Positions 52,655 to 62,477 of a stretch of 64,000 nucleotides of DNA are shown here, piece after piece. Numbering within the stretch: position 1 is the stretch's first letter; each line of letters begins with the position of its first letter. Both the position numbers and the translations under genes were made by a program. Source of the DNA: a candidate division FCPU426 bacterium (GTDB lineage Bacteria; Oederibacteriota; Muellerivitia; Muellerivitales; Muellerivitaceae); assembly GCA_963738405.1 (NCBI GenBank), contig CAVTWJ010000023.1, forward strand, positions 352,001-416,000, read 5' to 3'. The notes under the pieces were generated by a model. The model saw only the letters and a list, made by a program, of their open reading frames with translations. It made no database searches and was not told the origin of the DNA.

Positions 52655-53317
52655 ATGAATGCCATGTCACGGGTGGATGTTTTCGTAAACGTGCACAAGG
52701 GGCTTCGCCGGGGGCTGTTGGGGCTGGCGCTCCAGATCGGCCAGGTGGATTGGAAAGAAAAGGAAGAGGTCAGGGCCCTGGCCGAGGAAATGGCTAAGAT
52801 CTTTCATTTTTTGAAGGAACACGCGGCCAACGAGGACGACATCCAATTTCCTCTGTTGGAACAAAGGGCGCCCGCCGCCGTTTCCCGGGAAAAGGCGGTC
52901 CACCGGATTCTGGAAGAAGAGTTGAAGCAATTGGAAGCGGAATGGAAAAAGGTTCAGGAAAGCCCGGACCCGGAAGAATCGGGTTACGAGTTTTACTTGG
53001 CCTACAACCGGTTCCTTTCCGGCTACCTGGCCCATATGGACCGCGAAGAGACCGACATGACTTGGGATTTCTACAAGCTCTTTTCGGATGAGGAAATCAA
53101 AACGGGTTTTCAAAAGATCATCGCCCGCACCCCGCCCAAGGACATGGAGATGATGCTGGGCTACATGATCCCGGCCATGAACGGCTCGGAACGATTCGGT
53201 TTTCTTTCCAATTTAAAACAAGCGGCCCCGGCCGATGTTTTCGAACGGGTGAAGGACCTGGCCCAAAAGGTTTTGACGCCCAAGGATTGGGAAAAACTTT
53301 TAGCCCGGCTGGGATAG
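52655..53317 (+). CDS. Hemerythrin-like (HHE) domain protein
   Basis: VHKGLR, HAANED..FPLL, HMDREE. Confidence 0.8.
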   Translation: MNAMSRVDVFVNVHKGLRRGLLGLALQIGQVDWKEKEEVRALAEEMAKIFHFLKEHAANEDDIQFPLLEQRAPAAVSREKAVHRILEEELKQLEAEWKKVQESPDPEESGYEFYLAYNRFLSGYLAHMDREETDMTWDFYKLFSDEEIKTGFQKIIARTPPKDMEMMLGYMIPAMNGSERFGFLSNLKQAAPADVFERVKDLAQKVLTPKDWEKLLARLG

Positions 53318-53341
53318 TTCAGAGGCAAAACCTTTTTCCCG

Positions 53342-54250
53342 CTAAAAGAAAAGCATCCCCCCAATGTTGACTGAGCCAAAATAGAGGGGCTCCTCCGTGA
53401 AGACATACTCAAAACGGCAATCCAGAAGCAGCTTGGAATAGGGCGTAAAAGCGATGGGCAGGCCCAAGCCCCATTGGAGGGAGGCCGCGGTATCAAGTTC
53501 CTCCGGGGTTTGAATTTCGGTGTTCGTCTGGGTACTGGTATCCCAAATCCAAACTTTCGCGCTTCCCAGGTGGTCGGCGTAAATTCCCCCGCCGCCTATC
53601 AAGTACAGGGGAACGTCCCCCTTCGCGGAAAAAGGATAAACCTTTCCAACCACCGCGAAGTTTCCAGCGTAAAAATTGGAGTTCCCGTTGGGCGTTTGGG
53701 TCGGTGTCAGGGGAGGTAAAGGTAGAACGGGATTATTAGTCGGCTCCAAAAAATCCACCTGGATGCCCGCGGCCCATTCAGGAGAAACCTGCAAGCCGCA
53801 ATAGATGCTTTCCTGGATACCCTGGGTCCAGTTTCGAAGGATGTGATCGGTACGGATAGGAAAGTTCATCCCGGCTGAAATGGATAATTCCAGTGTCCGC
53901 AGATTGGGATAAGGAAGGGGTGTCGTCAGGGGAGGAACAGGGTTCAAGGGCGGTTGGGTGAGAAAATATTCCAGGGTTGGATTGTCCGGATGGGCGTCCA
54001 GGGCCTGCTCGTAATAGGGGATCGCGTCCACTTTACGCCCCAGGCTTATATAGACATCGCCGATGGCCTCCAGCACCACCCAATTTTTCTTGTCCTGTTT
54101 GAGGGCCTTTTGATAAAGGGCGAGGGCTTCCGAGTATTGGCCTTTAAGATACAGTTCCCTGCCGCGCTGGTAGGGGTCCGGGGTTTTCGCCACCGCCAGG
54201 GATGCCTGACCTATCGTCAGCGCTATAAGAATCCAAAACCTTTTCTTCAT
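53342..54250 (-). CDS. Secreted TPR + outer-membrane beta-barrel protein
   Basis: Signal peptide, TPR repeats (A..LY.KAL..D), PLYLIGGGG, amphipathic strands, C-terminal Phe. Confidence 0.7.
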   Translation of the reverse strand: MKKRFWILIALTIGQASLAVAKTPDPYQRGRELYLKGQYSEALALYQKALKQDKKNWVVLEAIGDVYISLGRKVDAIPYYEQALDAHPDNPTLEYFLTQPPLNPVPPLTTPLPYPNLRTLELSISAGMNFPIRTDHILRNWTQGIQESIYCGLQVSPEWAAGIQVDFLEPTNNPVLPLPPLTPTQTPNGNSNFYAGNFAVVGKVYPFSAKGDVPLYLIGGGGIYADHLGSAKVWIWDTSTQTNTEIQTPEELDTAASLQWGLGLPIAFTPYSKLLLDCRFEYVFTEEPLYFGSVNIGGMLFF

Positions 54251-54252
54251 CT

Positions 54253-54597
54253 TCAATTCACCAGAGTTCGATAACTGAAATAACTCAACCCCGCCGCTGC
54301 GATTCCGTGAAACAAGACACGGAAATCCAACAGATTCCCGATGGACAGGCCGAACAAAACCACGATTCCGACCCAGCACAAACTGCCGGCTAAGGCGATC
54401 GCGGCCAGTGTTTTATCCTTTGGCCGGGCATTGCGGAGGAAATTAAGTGCGGCCAAAAGGCTCGCCGCCAGAACGCCGGAAAGGGACCACACAAAAAGCC
54501 CCGTTCCGAATGCGGTCAGCTTGAGGGTTCCAAACAAATGGCCCAGGGCCGCGAAGGCCATGAGAGCGCAAAAAAACCGATCCATGATTTTGTTCAT
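54253..54597 (-). CDS. Small four-TM membrane protein
   Basis: Four hydrophobic segments; overlaps cyclase stop. Confidence 0.65.
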   Translation of the reverse strand: MNKIMDRFFCALMAFAALGHLFGTLKLTAFGTGLFVWSLSGVLAASLLAALNFLRNARPKDKTLAAIALAGSLCWVGIVVLFGLSIGNLLDFRVLFHGIAAAGLSYFSYRTLVN

Positions 54598-55979
54598 TTG
54601 TACTCCCCGTATTGGGCCTGGATCTCAACCTGGGCGCTCACGCCCGAAAGAATGTAGTTCAGCACATACTTGTGCCGCTCATCCCCCCAAAGATCCTTCT
54701 TCACTTGCGTTTCGTCAGGGGAAAGCGGGTCATGCTCCACAATGACTTTATCAGCCGAAATATCTTTACCATCCAAATTGACCGTCCAGTTGATGGTCCA
54801 AAAGAGGGTTCGGTGTTTCTTGACCCCCTTGGATGCGAGAACCACATTCCCCTGTGCTGACTTAACAGTGAAAGAAATAGCCGCCTTGTGGTCGTGTTTC
54901 ACGCCCGCGTCGTCGTAGGTGGCGTAGTCATTGGAATCGGAAAAAGTCTCTTCATTTTTCCCGTGAGCCTCGTAGCTGGTATTTCTCTCCAGTCCGGGCA
55001 GGCCGTAGTATTCAAATTGAGGGCGCAGGATGTTTCTTCCACGGGTAACGGTGATGGGGGAATAGTAGCGCGTGATGTAGCTGACGTCGTAATAGATCAA
55101 GTGACTGCCGGGCTCGATCTTGGTGATGCACTTGCGCAGATGGTCTTCCGGCTGCCCTTCCAGTTGTAGCCGGGTCCCGTGATCAAGCATTACATCCGTT
55201 GTGTCGGTGCGGACCCCCAGATCCTCAAAGGTTACCGAGGTGAATTTGAAAGCTAGAAACGCCAAAACCGCCAAGGCTCCGGCCAACACCAGCGCCAGGG
55301 CTGGCATGAAACGGGGCAAATGGGTTTGCTTATGAGCGCCCTGGGGCGCTTGGGGCTTTACGGCGGCGGGTTGGTAGGCCTCGTAAATTTCCAAGGGCTC
55401 GTCGATGCCCTTCACTTGGTACTTCCCGTGCGAAACCCAAGCCGCTTCTTGGGCCCGGCCCGAAAGCCAGCCCTTGGCGGAGTCAAAAACGCTGTAGGTC
55501 AAGTAAACATGACCGCCACCGGCCAAACCCTCCACCCGCGAGGCCCGGTTCACGTGCCGGCCGAAGACATCCATGTTCATCTTGTCTTCCACGGTCACCT
55601 GGCCCATGTGGAGACCGATGCGGACCAAAATCGGGGGCAATTCGGGGCGGGAGGCGTTGAGCTTGCGGAGTCCTTCTTGAATTTCCAGGGCCCTCGCTAC
55701 CGCCGTGGAAGGTTCGGAAAACACGGCCATCACCGCGTCGCCGATGTGCTTGATGACCCGCCCGGCGCCGTCCCGCTCGATGATGGGAACCAGCAGGGAG
55801 TCGTGGCTTTGGCGGACCTCGTTGGAAAAAGCGTCCCCCCGCTCTTCGGTCAGCCGGGTGAAGCCTTGGATGTCCGTAAACATGATGGTGAGGACGGAGG
55901 TGTTCCGGCTCTGCCGGAACCGGTCAACGAGCGTAAGTTCGGTTTCGTTGATCCGAAGGTCGTTGGTGGGGTCGTTCAT
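54594..55979 (-). CDS. Class III adenylate cyclase with TM anchor and C-terminal extracytoplasmic domain
   Basis: FTDIQGFT, KHIGDAVM, RIGLHMG, DVFGRHVNRASRVE, VKGI. Confidence 0.88.
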   Translation of the reverse strand: MNDPTNDLRINETELTLVDRFRQSRNTSVLTIMFTDIQGFTRLTEERGDAFSNEVRQSHDSLLVPIIERDGAGRVIKHIGDAVMAVFSEPSTAVARALEIQEGLRKLNASRPELPPILVRIGLHMGQVTVEDKMNMDVFGRHVNRASRVEGLAGGGHVYLTYSVFDSAKGWLSGRAQEAAWVSHGKYQVKGIDEPLEIYEAYQPAAVKPQAPQGAHKQTHLPRFMPALALVLAGALAVLAFLAFKFTSVTFEDLGVRTDTTDVMLDHGTRLQLEGQPEDHLRKCITKIEPGSHLIYYDVSYITRYYSPITVTRGRNILRPQFEYYGLPGLERNTSYEAHGKNEETFSDSNDYATYDDAGVKHDHKAAISFTVKSAQGNVVLASKGVKKHRTLFWTINWTVNLDGKDISADKVIVEHDPLSPDETQVKKDLWGDERHKYVLNYILSGVSAQVEIQAQYGEYK

Positions 55980-56092
55980 GCCGCTAATAATCTCACGGGA
56001 GGCAAACCAGGACTAGAAAAAATGAAGTTCTAATCTTCACTCACTGAAATTCCAAAAATCCCTTTGTTTCAACCAGCTTTAAGCCCCTTTTA

Positions 56093-58435
56093 CTACCTCA
56101 ACACCAGTACTTTGCAGATATGTTTTTCGATCCTTGCCCCCGCTTGAGCCTCGATCACCGCGTAATAGACCCCATTGGAAGCCGTGCCGGTGGTTCCCGT
56201 CCTCAAGTCCCAGTCCAAATCTTCCTCTTCCAAACCGTGACAGGCGTGAGTTTCGGAGCAAACTTCCCGGAAACTCGTCGTGAAAATCTTCAGATGGATG
56301 ACGTTATAGGGTCCGCCCCCGCAATGGAAATGCACCCGCCGTCCGTCGGTGGGGTTGGGGAATGGCACAGGGTTGCAGACCTTCTCCGGCGTGGCCGTCA
56401 CGGTCCAGGTGGGGGTGCCCGGAATGGGCGTCAGGGTATGTGTGGAGGTGGGCGTAAAGGTCGAGGTAATCGTCGCAGTAGGGGTCGATGTTTGAGTCGA
56501 CGTGCAGGTGGGGGTCGTTGTTGGGGTGGAAGAAGATGTCAGGGTAGGGGTCGAGGTAAGCGTTGCGGTATTCGACTGGGTCGGGGTGCCGGTGGGCGTC
56601 TGCGTGGGGGTGGAAGTGGGCGTTTGGGTTGAGGTCGCAGTCGAGGTCGAGGTCGCCGTGAAGGTTGCGGTGAAAGTGCACGTGGAAGTCGGAGTAGAGG
56701 TGACAGTGGATGTGTAGGTCGGCGTAAATTCGGGGAGGAGAGAGGCGGACGAGCTATTTACTTCACCCATCACGAGGGTCCAGGTGGTCCCATAAAGCTC
56801 GCAGATTTGATCCCAGGTCAAGGTTTCCCGAAGAACCATCAGGTCGTGGGGATGGCAGCCGCAATGCCTCGTGATGACGATAATCACGTAAGTCGTCGTA
56901 GGATCCAGTCCCAAGGCACGGGCCTCATCCACAATGGAAACGGGAACGTTAAAGGCCGTGGCCACCGCCGTATCGGTGTTCGCGTAGGTTTGGGTGGGGA
57001 CGGACACGGGGGTATCCGTCGGCTGGGGAGTGAAGGTTCCGGTCGGGGTAAAGGTCCCGGTGGGAGTCGAGGTGGCCGTGGGAGTGTAGGACTGGGTGGG
57101 AACGAGCGTCAGGGTCGGCGTCAGGCTGATGGTGGGGGTCATGGTCCAGGTGGGCGGGTTGATGCAATTGGACAGGACATACTGGATCGCCGTCGGGACG
57201 GGGGAAGGCAGGTAGTTGGGGTCGGGTGTGGCCTTCAAGTTGCACTGGCAGTTGGCCGGGTTGCCGGGGGTGACGGAGGTGAAGCAAAGCATCACGCCCG
57301 ATCGGTTGCTCACGAAAAGCTGTCCGTCGGCCTCGGACCATCCCACGAAGGTCAGTTCAACCCCATGGTGGAGCCTCCACTCGATCTGGCCCGTCTGGCC
57401 GTCCAGACTGTAATAATCCCCGTGGCAGGCCGAGATATAAACCTTTCCGCAGGCTGTAAAAGCGCAGTTACGGGCGAAATTGCCGGTCAACTGGGTGCAC
57501 CAAATCTTCGCGCCCGTGAAACGGTTGAGACCCCAGACCCTCCAAGAATCCCCGGGAACAATCAGCACATCCCCGCATAGGGACATATTCCCGTCCGTCT
57601 CCCCGATGACCGTATGGGTATCCGCGGTCCAGACCAGGGACCCGTCCACCCGGCTTCGGCATTCCACTTGGCTCAAGCACCCTAGGCTGTAGATGTACTC
57701 GTCCGAAAGAAGCGGGCAGCTGTAGTGGATCATGTTTTGTTTGACGTGCCATTCAACCGCGCCGTTAGAGGCATTGAGGCAGAACAGGTCCCCGTTGTAG
57801 GTGGCCAGGTAGAGGGAGCCATTGTCATAGGCCGGGGTGCAGGTGCCGTCCTGGTGGGCGGCGCCGAAATAGGCGCTGAAGTCGAAATGCCAGACGACGC
57901 TCTGGGTATCCGGGTCCAGGCAGATAAATCCCGCCCCGCCGTTCCCCACGAAGATCTTTCCGTTCACGTAAAGGGGCGATGAATATTGCATGGGGTTCCC
58001 GTTGGGCTGGTGGTCGAAAGTCCAGACCACGTTTCCGGTCTGCGGGTCCAGGGCCACCGTGTCGCCGTTGGTACAGCAGACATAAAGCCGGTTCCGGTCC
58101 GGATCGTAACAAGGGGCGTTCCAGAGACTGGTGGTGTCGTTGCAAACCCATGTCCAGAGGATCTTCCCCGTCGCCCGGTCGTAACAGCGGACCCCCTTGA
58201 AGTAGGTTTGAACCACCCGGTCGCTCAAGATGACGGGATTGCTGACGGGATCGCTGATGTTCATGGAAGAGGGCATCATCCATTGAACCTGCAGCGGATT
58301 GTGCAGGGGCGTGGGGTTCAAGTTGTGGGCATCGCGGCGCGGATCGCCGCATTCCATGGGATAGAGATTCCCCGCCATCGCGGGAAGGGTGGCGGCCCAA
58401 AGGCCGATGAGAAGAAGGGTTTGTTTTAGTGACAT
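56093..58435 (-). CDS. Secreted PQQ-like (BamB-type) beta-propeller + Thr/Pro stalk + Cys-containing helical module + T9SS-like CTD
   Basis: Repeated ALD..TG...W blades; PFPNP...KIFT...WD...SNGVY...KVLVLR. Confidence 0.78.
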   Translation of the reverse strand: MSLKQTLLLIGLWAATLPAMAGNLYPMECGDPRRDAHNLNPTPLHNPLQVQWMMPSSMNISDPVSNPVILSDRVVQTYFKGVRCYDRATGKILWTWVCNDTTSLWNAPCYDPDRNRLYVCCTNGDTVALDPQTGNVVWTFDHQPNGNPMQYSSPLYVNGKIFVGNGGAGFICLDPDTQSVVWHFDFSAYFGAAHQDGTCTPAYDNGSLYLATYNGDLFCLNASNGAVEWHVKQNMIHYSCPLLSDEYIYSLGCLSQVECRSRVDGSLVWTADTHTVIGETDGNMSLCGDVLIVPGDSWRVWGLNRFTGAKIWCTQLTGNFARNCAFTACGKVYISACHGDYYSLDGQTGQIEWRLHHGVELTFVGWSEADGQLFVSNRSGVMLCFTSVTPGNPANCQCNLKATPDPNYLPSPVPTAIQYVLSNCINPPTWTMTPTISLTPTLTLVPTQSYTPTATSTPTGTFTPTGTFTPQPTDTPVSVPTQTYANTDTAVATAFNVPVSIVDEARALGLDPTTTYVIIVITRHCGCHPHDLMVLRETLTWDQICELYGTTWTLVMGEVNSSSASLLPEFTPTYTSTVTSTPTSTCTFTATFTATSTSTATSTQTPTSTPTQTPTGTPTQSNTATLTSTPTLTSSSTPTTTPTCTSTQTSTPTATITSTFTPTSTHTLTPIPGTPTWTVTATPEKVCNPVPFPNPTDGRRVHFHCGGGPYNVIHLKIFTTSFREVCSETHACHGLEEEDLDWDLRTGTTGTASNGVYYAVIEAQAGARIEKHICKVLVLR

Positions 58436-59541
58436 ACCGGCACCACCTCCGTCACAGCCTGGGCATAGATCAAGTGGTCCGGCATGGGGACCGGCTGTGT
58501 CATCGGATACTGGGACGGGTCATTGGCGTCCGCACGCATGATCATGATGGGGGTGTCAACCTCCGGCGCCAGGGTGGCGATGCGGGTTTGAAGATCCGTC
58601 ACGAAGGTCGACCAATCCAGCCCGTAATGGGCGCAGATCTCATCCCAGCTCATGGTCAGCCGCAATTGCATGATGTCGGAAGGCTGACAGCCGCAGGTGG
58701 CGCCTAAGCGCATGATGATGTAGGAGGTCTGGCTATCCAGGTAAAGCAGGCGGCAGGCATTGACGAACTGGACGGTGCATCCGAAGGCCGCAGAACAGGT
58801 ACTCGACCCATTGGTGTAGATCAGGGTAATAGGACCGGAAGGAGTGGGCGTATCGGTGGGTGTTTGGGTCATCCAGGGAGTGGGAGTCGGTGTGGGTGTA
58901 TAGGTCGGCGTATCGGACAAAACCACGGTCATGGTGTAGACCGGGGTATTGATGAAAGTCGCCGTGGGGGTGGGGGTCGGCGTATTGGGCGTCGGGGTGA
59001 TGGAGATCGTGGGGCTGATGGTTTTCGTGAAGGTAGGGGTAGAGGTCGGCAAGGCCGAGCAAACCGTTACCGGAAGGGCGATCTGGCTGTCAGGAGGGGT
59101 GGAACAATCCAGGCCGCCCGTTCGGCCCGCCATAACAAACATATATCGGGTACCTAAAACGGCGTTGGACGGAATATTGAAAACCCAGGTAATGGGCCTG
59201 CAAAAAGTAACCGGTAATGCGTCGAGAGAATTCCATCCCGCGGAGGGAGTCGTGTCGGCCACATTGATCCCGTTTGAGTCCACTACAAAAAACTGGCTGG
59301 CATCCCCGCAGGGGAGAAGAGTCGCGCTATCGGAAGTATTGAGGGCGGCAAAAAAATAGGAGTTGCTGTTGGTTAAGTTTTGACAATAGTTTACGGTGAC
59401 CGTAACCGGTTGGCCCGGACAGGTCCCATTGGAATTGTAAGAGTAGTTATAAATATTGGTGGCGGCAGAGGTACTAGACGCCGCCACCAAAAAAGCCGCC
59501 ATCCAGAAAAATAGGAACAACCTCTTCATAGCGATACCCAT
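58426..59541 (-). CDS. Secreted Thr/Pro-linker protein with Cys-containing C-terminal module
   Basis: Signal peptide MKRLFL..., PT linker, CGCQPSDIMQLR...WDEIC..YG..W. Confidence 0.7.
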   Translation of the reverse strand: MGIAMKRLFLFFWMAAFLVAASSTSAATNIYNYSYNSNGTCPGQPVTVTVNYCQNLTNSNSYFFAALNTSDSATLLPCGDASQFFVVDSNGINVADTTPSAGWNSLDALPVTFCRPITWVFNIPSNAVLGTRYMFVMAGRTGGLDCSTPPDSQIALPVTVCSALPTSTPTFTKTISPTISITPTPNTPTPTPTATFINTPVYTMTVVLSDTPTYTPTPTPTPWMTQTPTDTPTPSGPITLIYTNGSSTCSAAFGCTVQFVNACRLLYLDSQTSYIIMRLGATCGCQPSDIMQLRLTMSWDEICAHYGLDWSTFVTDLQTRIATLAPEVDTPIMIMRADANDPSQYPMTQPVPMPDHLIYAQAVTEVVPVCH

Positions 59542-59699
59542 ATTTCTTCAAATGACTTCAAAGATCGGGACGGACCGCGGGAAAAAACTTTCCAGGAGTC
59601 CATCCGAAGCGCCAAAAAATTTAGAGACCTTCTCTTTCGCCCAAGCCGGTGGATATTTCCCCGGTCTTTAAGCTTTACGAACAACGACTTTTCTAAAAG

Positions 59700-59715
59700 G
59701 CACTATCCGTGCCAA
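59700..59715 (-). promoter_or_regulatory. Putative sigma-54 (-24/-12) promoter
   Basis: Minus strand TTGGCACGGATAGTGC with exact GG-N10-GC spacing. Confidence 0.5.
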
Positions 59716-59966
59716 TTCAAAAAAATATTGTTTTCAATCAGGTTTATCGATGCTTTATTTTTTTACTTAGGGAATACGCCCGGATTTCCGCGTTTATTTT
59801 TTGTCGATTGAAGAAGATTTGAACACCCCGGGAACTTTTTTGAATTTGCCGGGTTGATGAGAAAGAAAGGGATGCCAACCGCATCAACACTTCAAGAAAC
59901 AGGCATGCCTCAAACTGCAAGGCGCGAACTATTCAAACTCAATAGTCGAAACAGGGAAAAGAAATT

Positions 59967-60950
59967 TTAAGGCCCGTATATTTTCACGGCGGGAAAGTCC
60001 ACCACATAGGCTTTTCCGGAAGCGCTCATACACATGTAATCGATGTTGCCCAAGGCATTCGCGCCCGTGGTTCCCCATTGGCAGAGGTAAGTGCCATTGA
60101 CGTTAAAATCCTGCACCCGGTGGTAGCCGTAATCGGTGACATAAACGACGCCATTTTTATCCACGCAGATGCCGCAAGAGAGGGTTCCAAACTGGCCGGG
60201 TCCGGCGCCCGGGCCTCCGAATTTGCACTGATAGGTCCCCGTATTGTTGTATTTGTAAACGCAGGAAGTGGAATAGTCCGGGGTATAAATACCGCCCCAG
60301 TTGTCGGAACAGATTCCGTCCGGATCGCTGGAGTTGTTGTCCCAAGCGCCGTTCGTGCTCCAACTGGTGATAAAGGCCCCGGTATTGTTGAATTTTTGAA
60401 CGTTTTGATTGGTCGCATCTACCACGTAAATATTGTTGGCTGAATCCGCGCAAATGCCCCGCGGGGCGTTGAATTTGCCCTGACCTGAGCCGTAGGTTCC
60501 CCACGTGGTGATGACAGTTCCCATATTCGTGAATTTTTGAACGCTTTCGTCGCCCTCATCCACTTCATAAATATTGTTGGAGGCATCGGAACAAATGCCG
60601 GACATGATGTTGAATTGGCCGCTCCATTGGCTGAGATAATTTCCGGCGCTGTCGAATTTTTGAATGCGGTAATTGTTCCGATCCAAGACATAGACGTTTC
60701 CAGAGGAGTCATTACAAACGCCGTAGGGCCTACCGTTAAACTGCCCGTTCCCGGAGCCCGAACCGCCGAACTGGGAAATGTAATTGAGGGGCTGGGCCGA
60801 AGTGACGATAGGCGGGCCCGACGGTGTGGGGGAAGCTTGAGGCGTTGGGGTGATCCCGGGCGATAGGGGTAGGCGGGATTTGATGGTGCAACCGGAGAAG
60901 ATGAAGTCCCCGGCCAAGACTAAACAAAGGAAAACCAAAGTTTTTTTCAT
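59967..60950 (-). CDS. NHL-repeat lipoprotein
   Basis: Lipobox FSGC; repeated GIC.D..N.YV.D..N.R.QKF units; GAGG RBS. Confidence 0.82.
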   Translation of the reverse strand: MKKTLVFLCLVLAGDFIFSGCTIKSRLPLSPGITPTPQASPTPSGPPIVTSAQPLNYISQFGGSGSGNGQFNGRPYGVCNDSSGNVYVLDRNNYRIQKFDSAGNYLSQWSGQFNIMSGICSDASNNIYEVDEGDESVQKFTNMGTVITTWGTYGSGQGKFNAPRGICADSANNIYVVDATNQNVQKFNNTGAFITSWSTNGAWDNNSSDPDGICSDNWGGIYTPDYSTSCVYKYNNTGTYQCKFGGPGAGPGQFGTLSCGICVDKNGVVYVTDYGYHRVQDFNVNGTYLCQWGTTGANALGNIDYMCMSASGKAYVVDFPAVKIYGP

Positions 60951-61183
60951 ATCTAGCCTCTTTAAAAACAACCTCTGTGAATGATGTGAGAAATTTTCTT
61001 CCTCAAGGTCTCTAACCTATAGACGGAAATACCCGACTTTTATTCCATCAAAATTCAGTCTTAAGAATTGCGCCCGGAATAAGGCTGGCCTTTTAATTTT
61101 TAAATGAAATTCTTTGGAATAAATGTCTGTTTAGCCCCTCCATAAGGTAGGAGCCAAGTTCAGGGTTCCGAGGGAGTTTCGAT

Positions 61184-62281
61184 ATGAATAGGACAAAGAT
61201 AATAGTGTTGAGTATTGGGTTTTCGTCCTTTTTAATATCTTTAATCCTTGTGACTAGTTGTTCCCAAAGGGTGACTCTCCCGACCGCTCCCCCTTCACCG
61301 GGCAGCGTTCAAAGTAATACTCCTACCCACACCTCTACCGGGACGCCGACGGCCATTGCTTCATCCACTTCAACAATGACCTCCACCAGTACCGGAACCC
61401 CGATCCCCGACCCGGGAACCTTCACTCGGACTCCCACTGTGGATGGAACCCCTACCGCCACCATCACTTTTACAATGACTGCCACGACCTCTTTTACACC
61501 ACCACTTTTCTATACCGCCACTTTGAAGCCCTCCGGCACCCCCACCCAAACCCCTACGCCGACCATGACCTTTCCCCCGGGCACCCACACCCCCACACCC
61601 GTTTTTACGGCAACTTATACCATCAGTTACACCAATACGGTCACGATGACACCCACCACCACCTTCACGCCCACCTGGACCGGCACCCTGCCGACCTCCA
61701 CCTTCACCCTGACCCAAACCTCCACCCCAACTTTCCTTTGCACCACGCCCCTGGGAAATCTGGGCGACAGTACCGCCGGTTCGACCATGACCTATGACAT
61801 CTATAAAATTCATTTCGTCCAGGCGGTCCTGTCCCAGGACGGGGTGGTGGACCACTTGATGGTTTACTTGCAAAATTGCGACGCCATGGTGGCGATCTAC
61901 ACCGATAACAACGGCCAACCGGGGGCCCTGCTGGTCCAATCCAACTCCACACGCGGAAATGGGCTCACCCCCGTCCTAGTGCCGCCCACCGTATTATCCG
62001 CAGGCACCTATTGGCTGGCGCTCCAAGCGGACGGTTACTTCAGGGAAAAATATAGCGCGACCTACACCGGATGGCTTGAAAACCCCTGGGCCTATGGGCC
62101 TTTCCCACCGACCGTGACATTTGGAAACCAGGTCACGACGGGCGAGCCGGATCTGTACGCGCCCTATTGCCCGCTCAATGGCACCCCCACTGTCACCGCC
62201 ACGCCCACCCCGGTGGGAACCTGGTTCACCCCCACCCCCATCTTCACCATCACACAAACCGTAACGCCCACGCCTACCTGA
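61184..62281 (+). CDS. Thr/Pro-rich lipoprotein with beta-sandwich domain
   Basis: Lipobox VTSC; T/P tract; IYTDNNGQPG..LSAGTYWLA. Confidence 0.7.
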   Translation: MNRTKIIVLSIGFSSFLISLILVTSCSQRVTLPTAPPSPGSVQSNTPTHTSTGTPTAIASSTSTMTSTSTGTPIPDPGTFTRTPTVDGTPTATITFTMTATTSFTPPLFYTATLKPSGTPTQTPTPTMTFPPGTHTPTPVFTATYTISYTNTVTMTPTTTFTPTWTGTLPTSTFTLTQTSTPTFLCTTPLGNLGDSTAGSTMTYDIYKIHFVQAVLSQDGVVDHLMVYLQNCDAMVAIYTDNNGQPGALLVQSNSTRGNGLTPVLVPPTVLSAGTYWLALQADGYFREKYSATYTGWLENPWAYGPFPPTVTFGNQVTTGEPDLYAPYCPLNGTPTVTATPTPVGTWFTPTPIFTITQTVTPTPT

Positions 62282-62477
62282 AGGTTTGGTGGCGCGGGAA
62301 GAACTATCCTCTTTGGTGCCAACCGCTATTAATTTTTGAATGCCCTAAAAGGCGACGTTTAGAAAAAACAAAAGTTTCGCCCCCGGGAATCTTTTAAAAC
62401 TTTCTTTCCAGTCCCTTCCCAAAAACCCTTTCGTCAGAATGGATGAAGGTTTAAACCCGGCTCTGTGGGAGGCTTTT

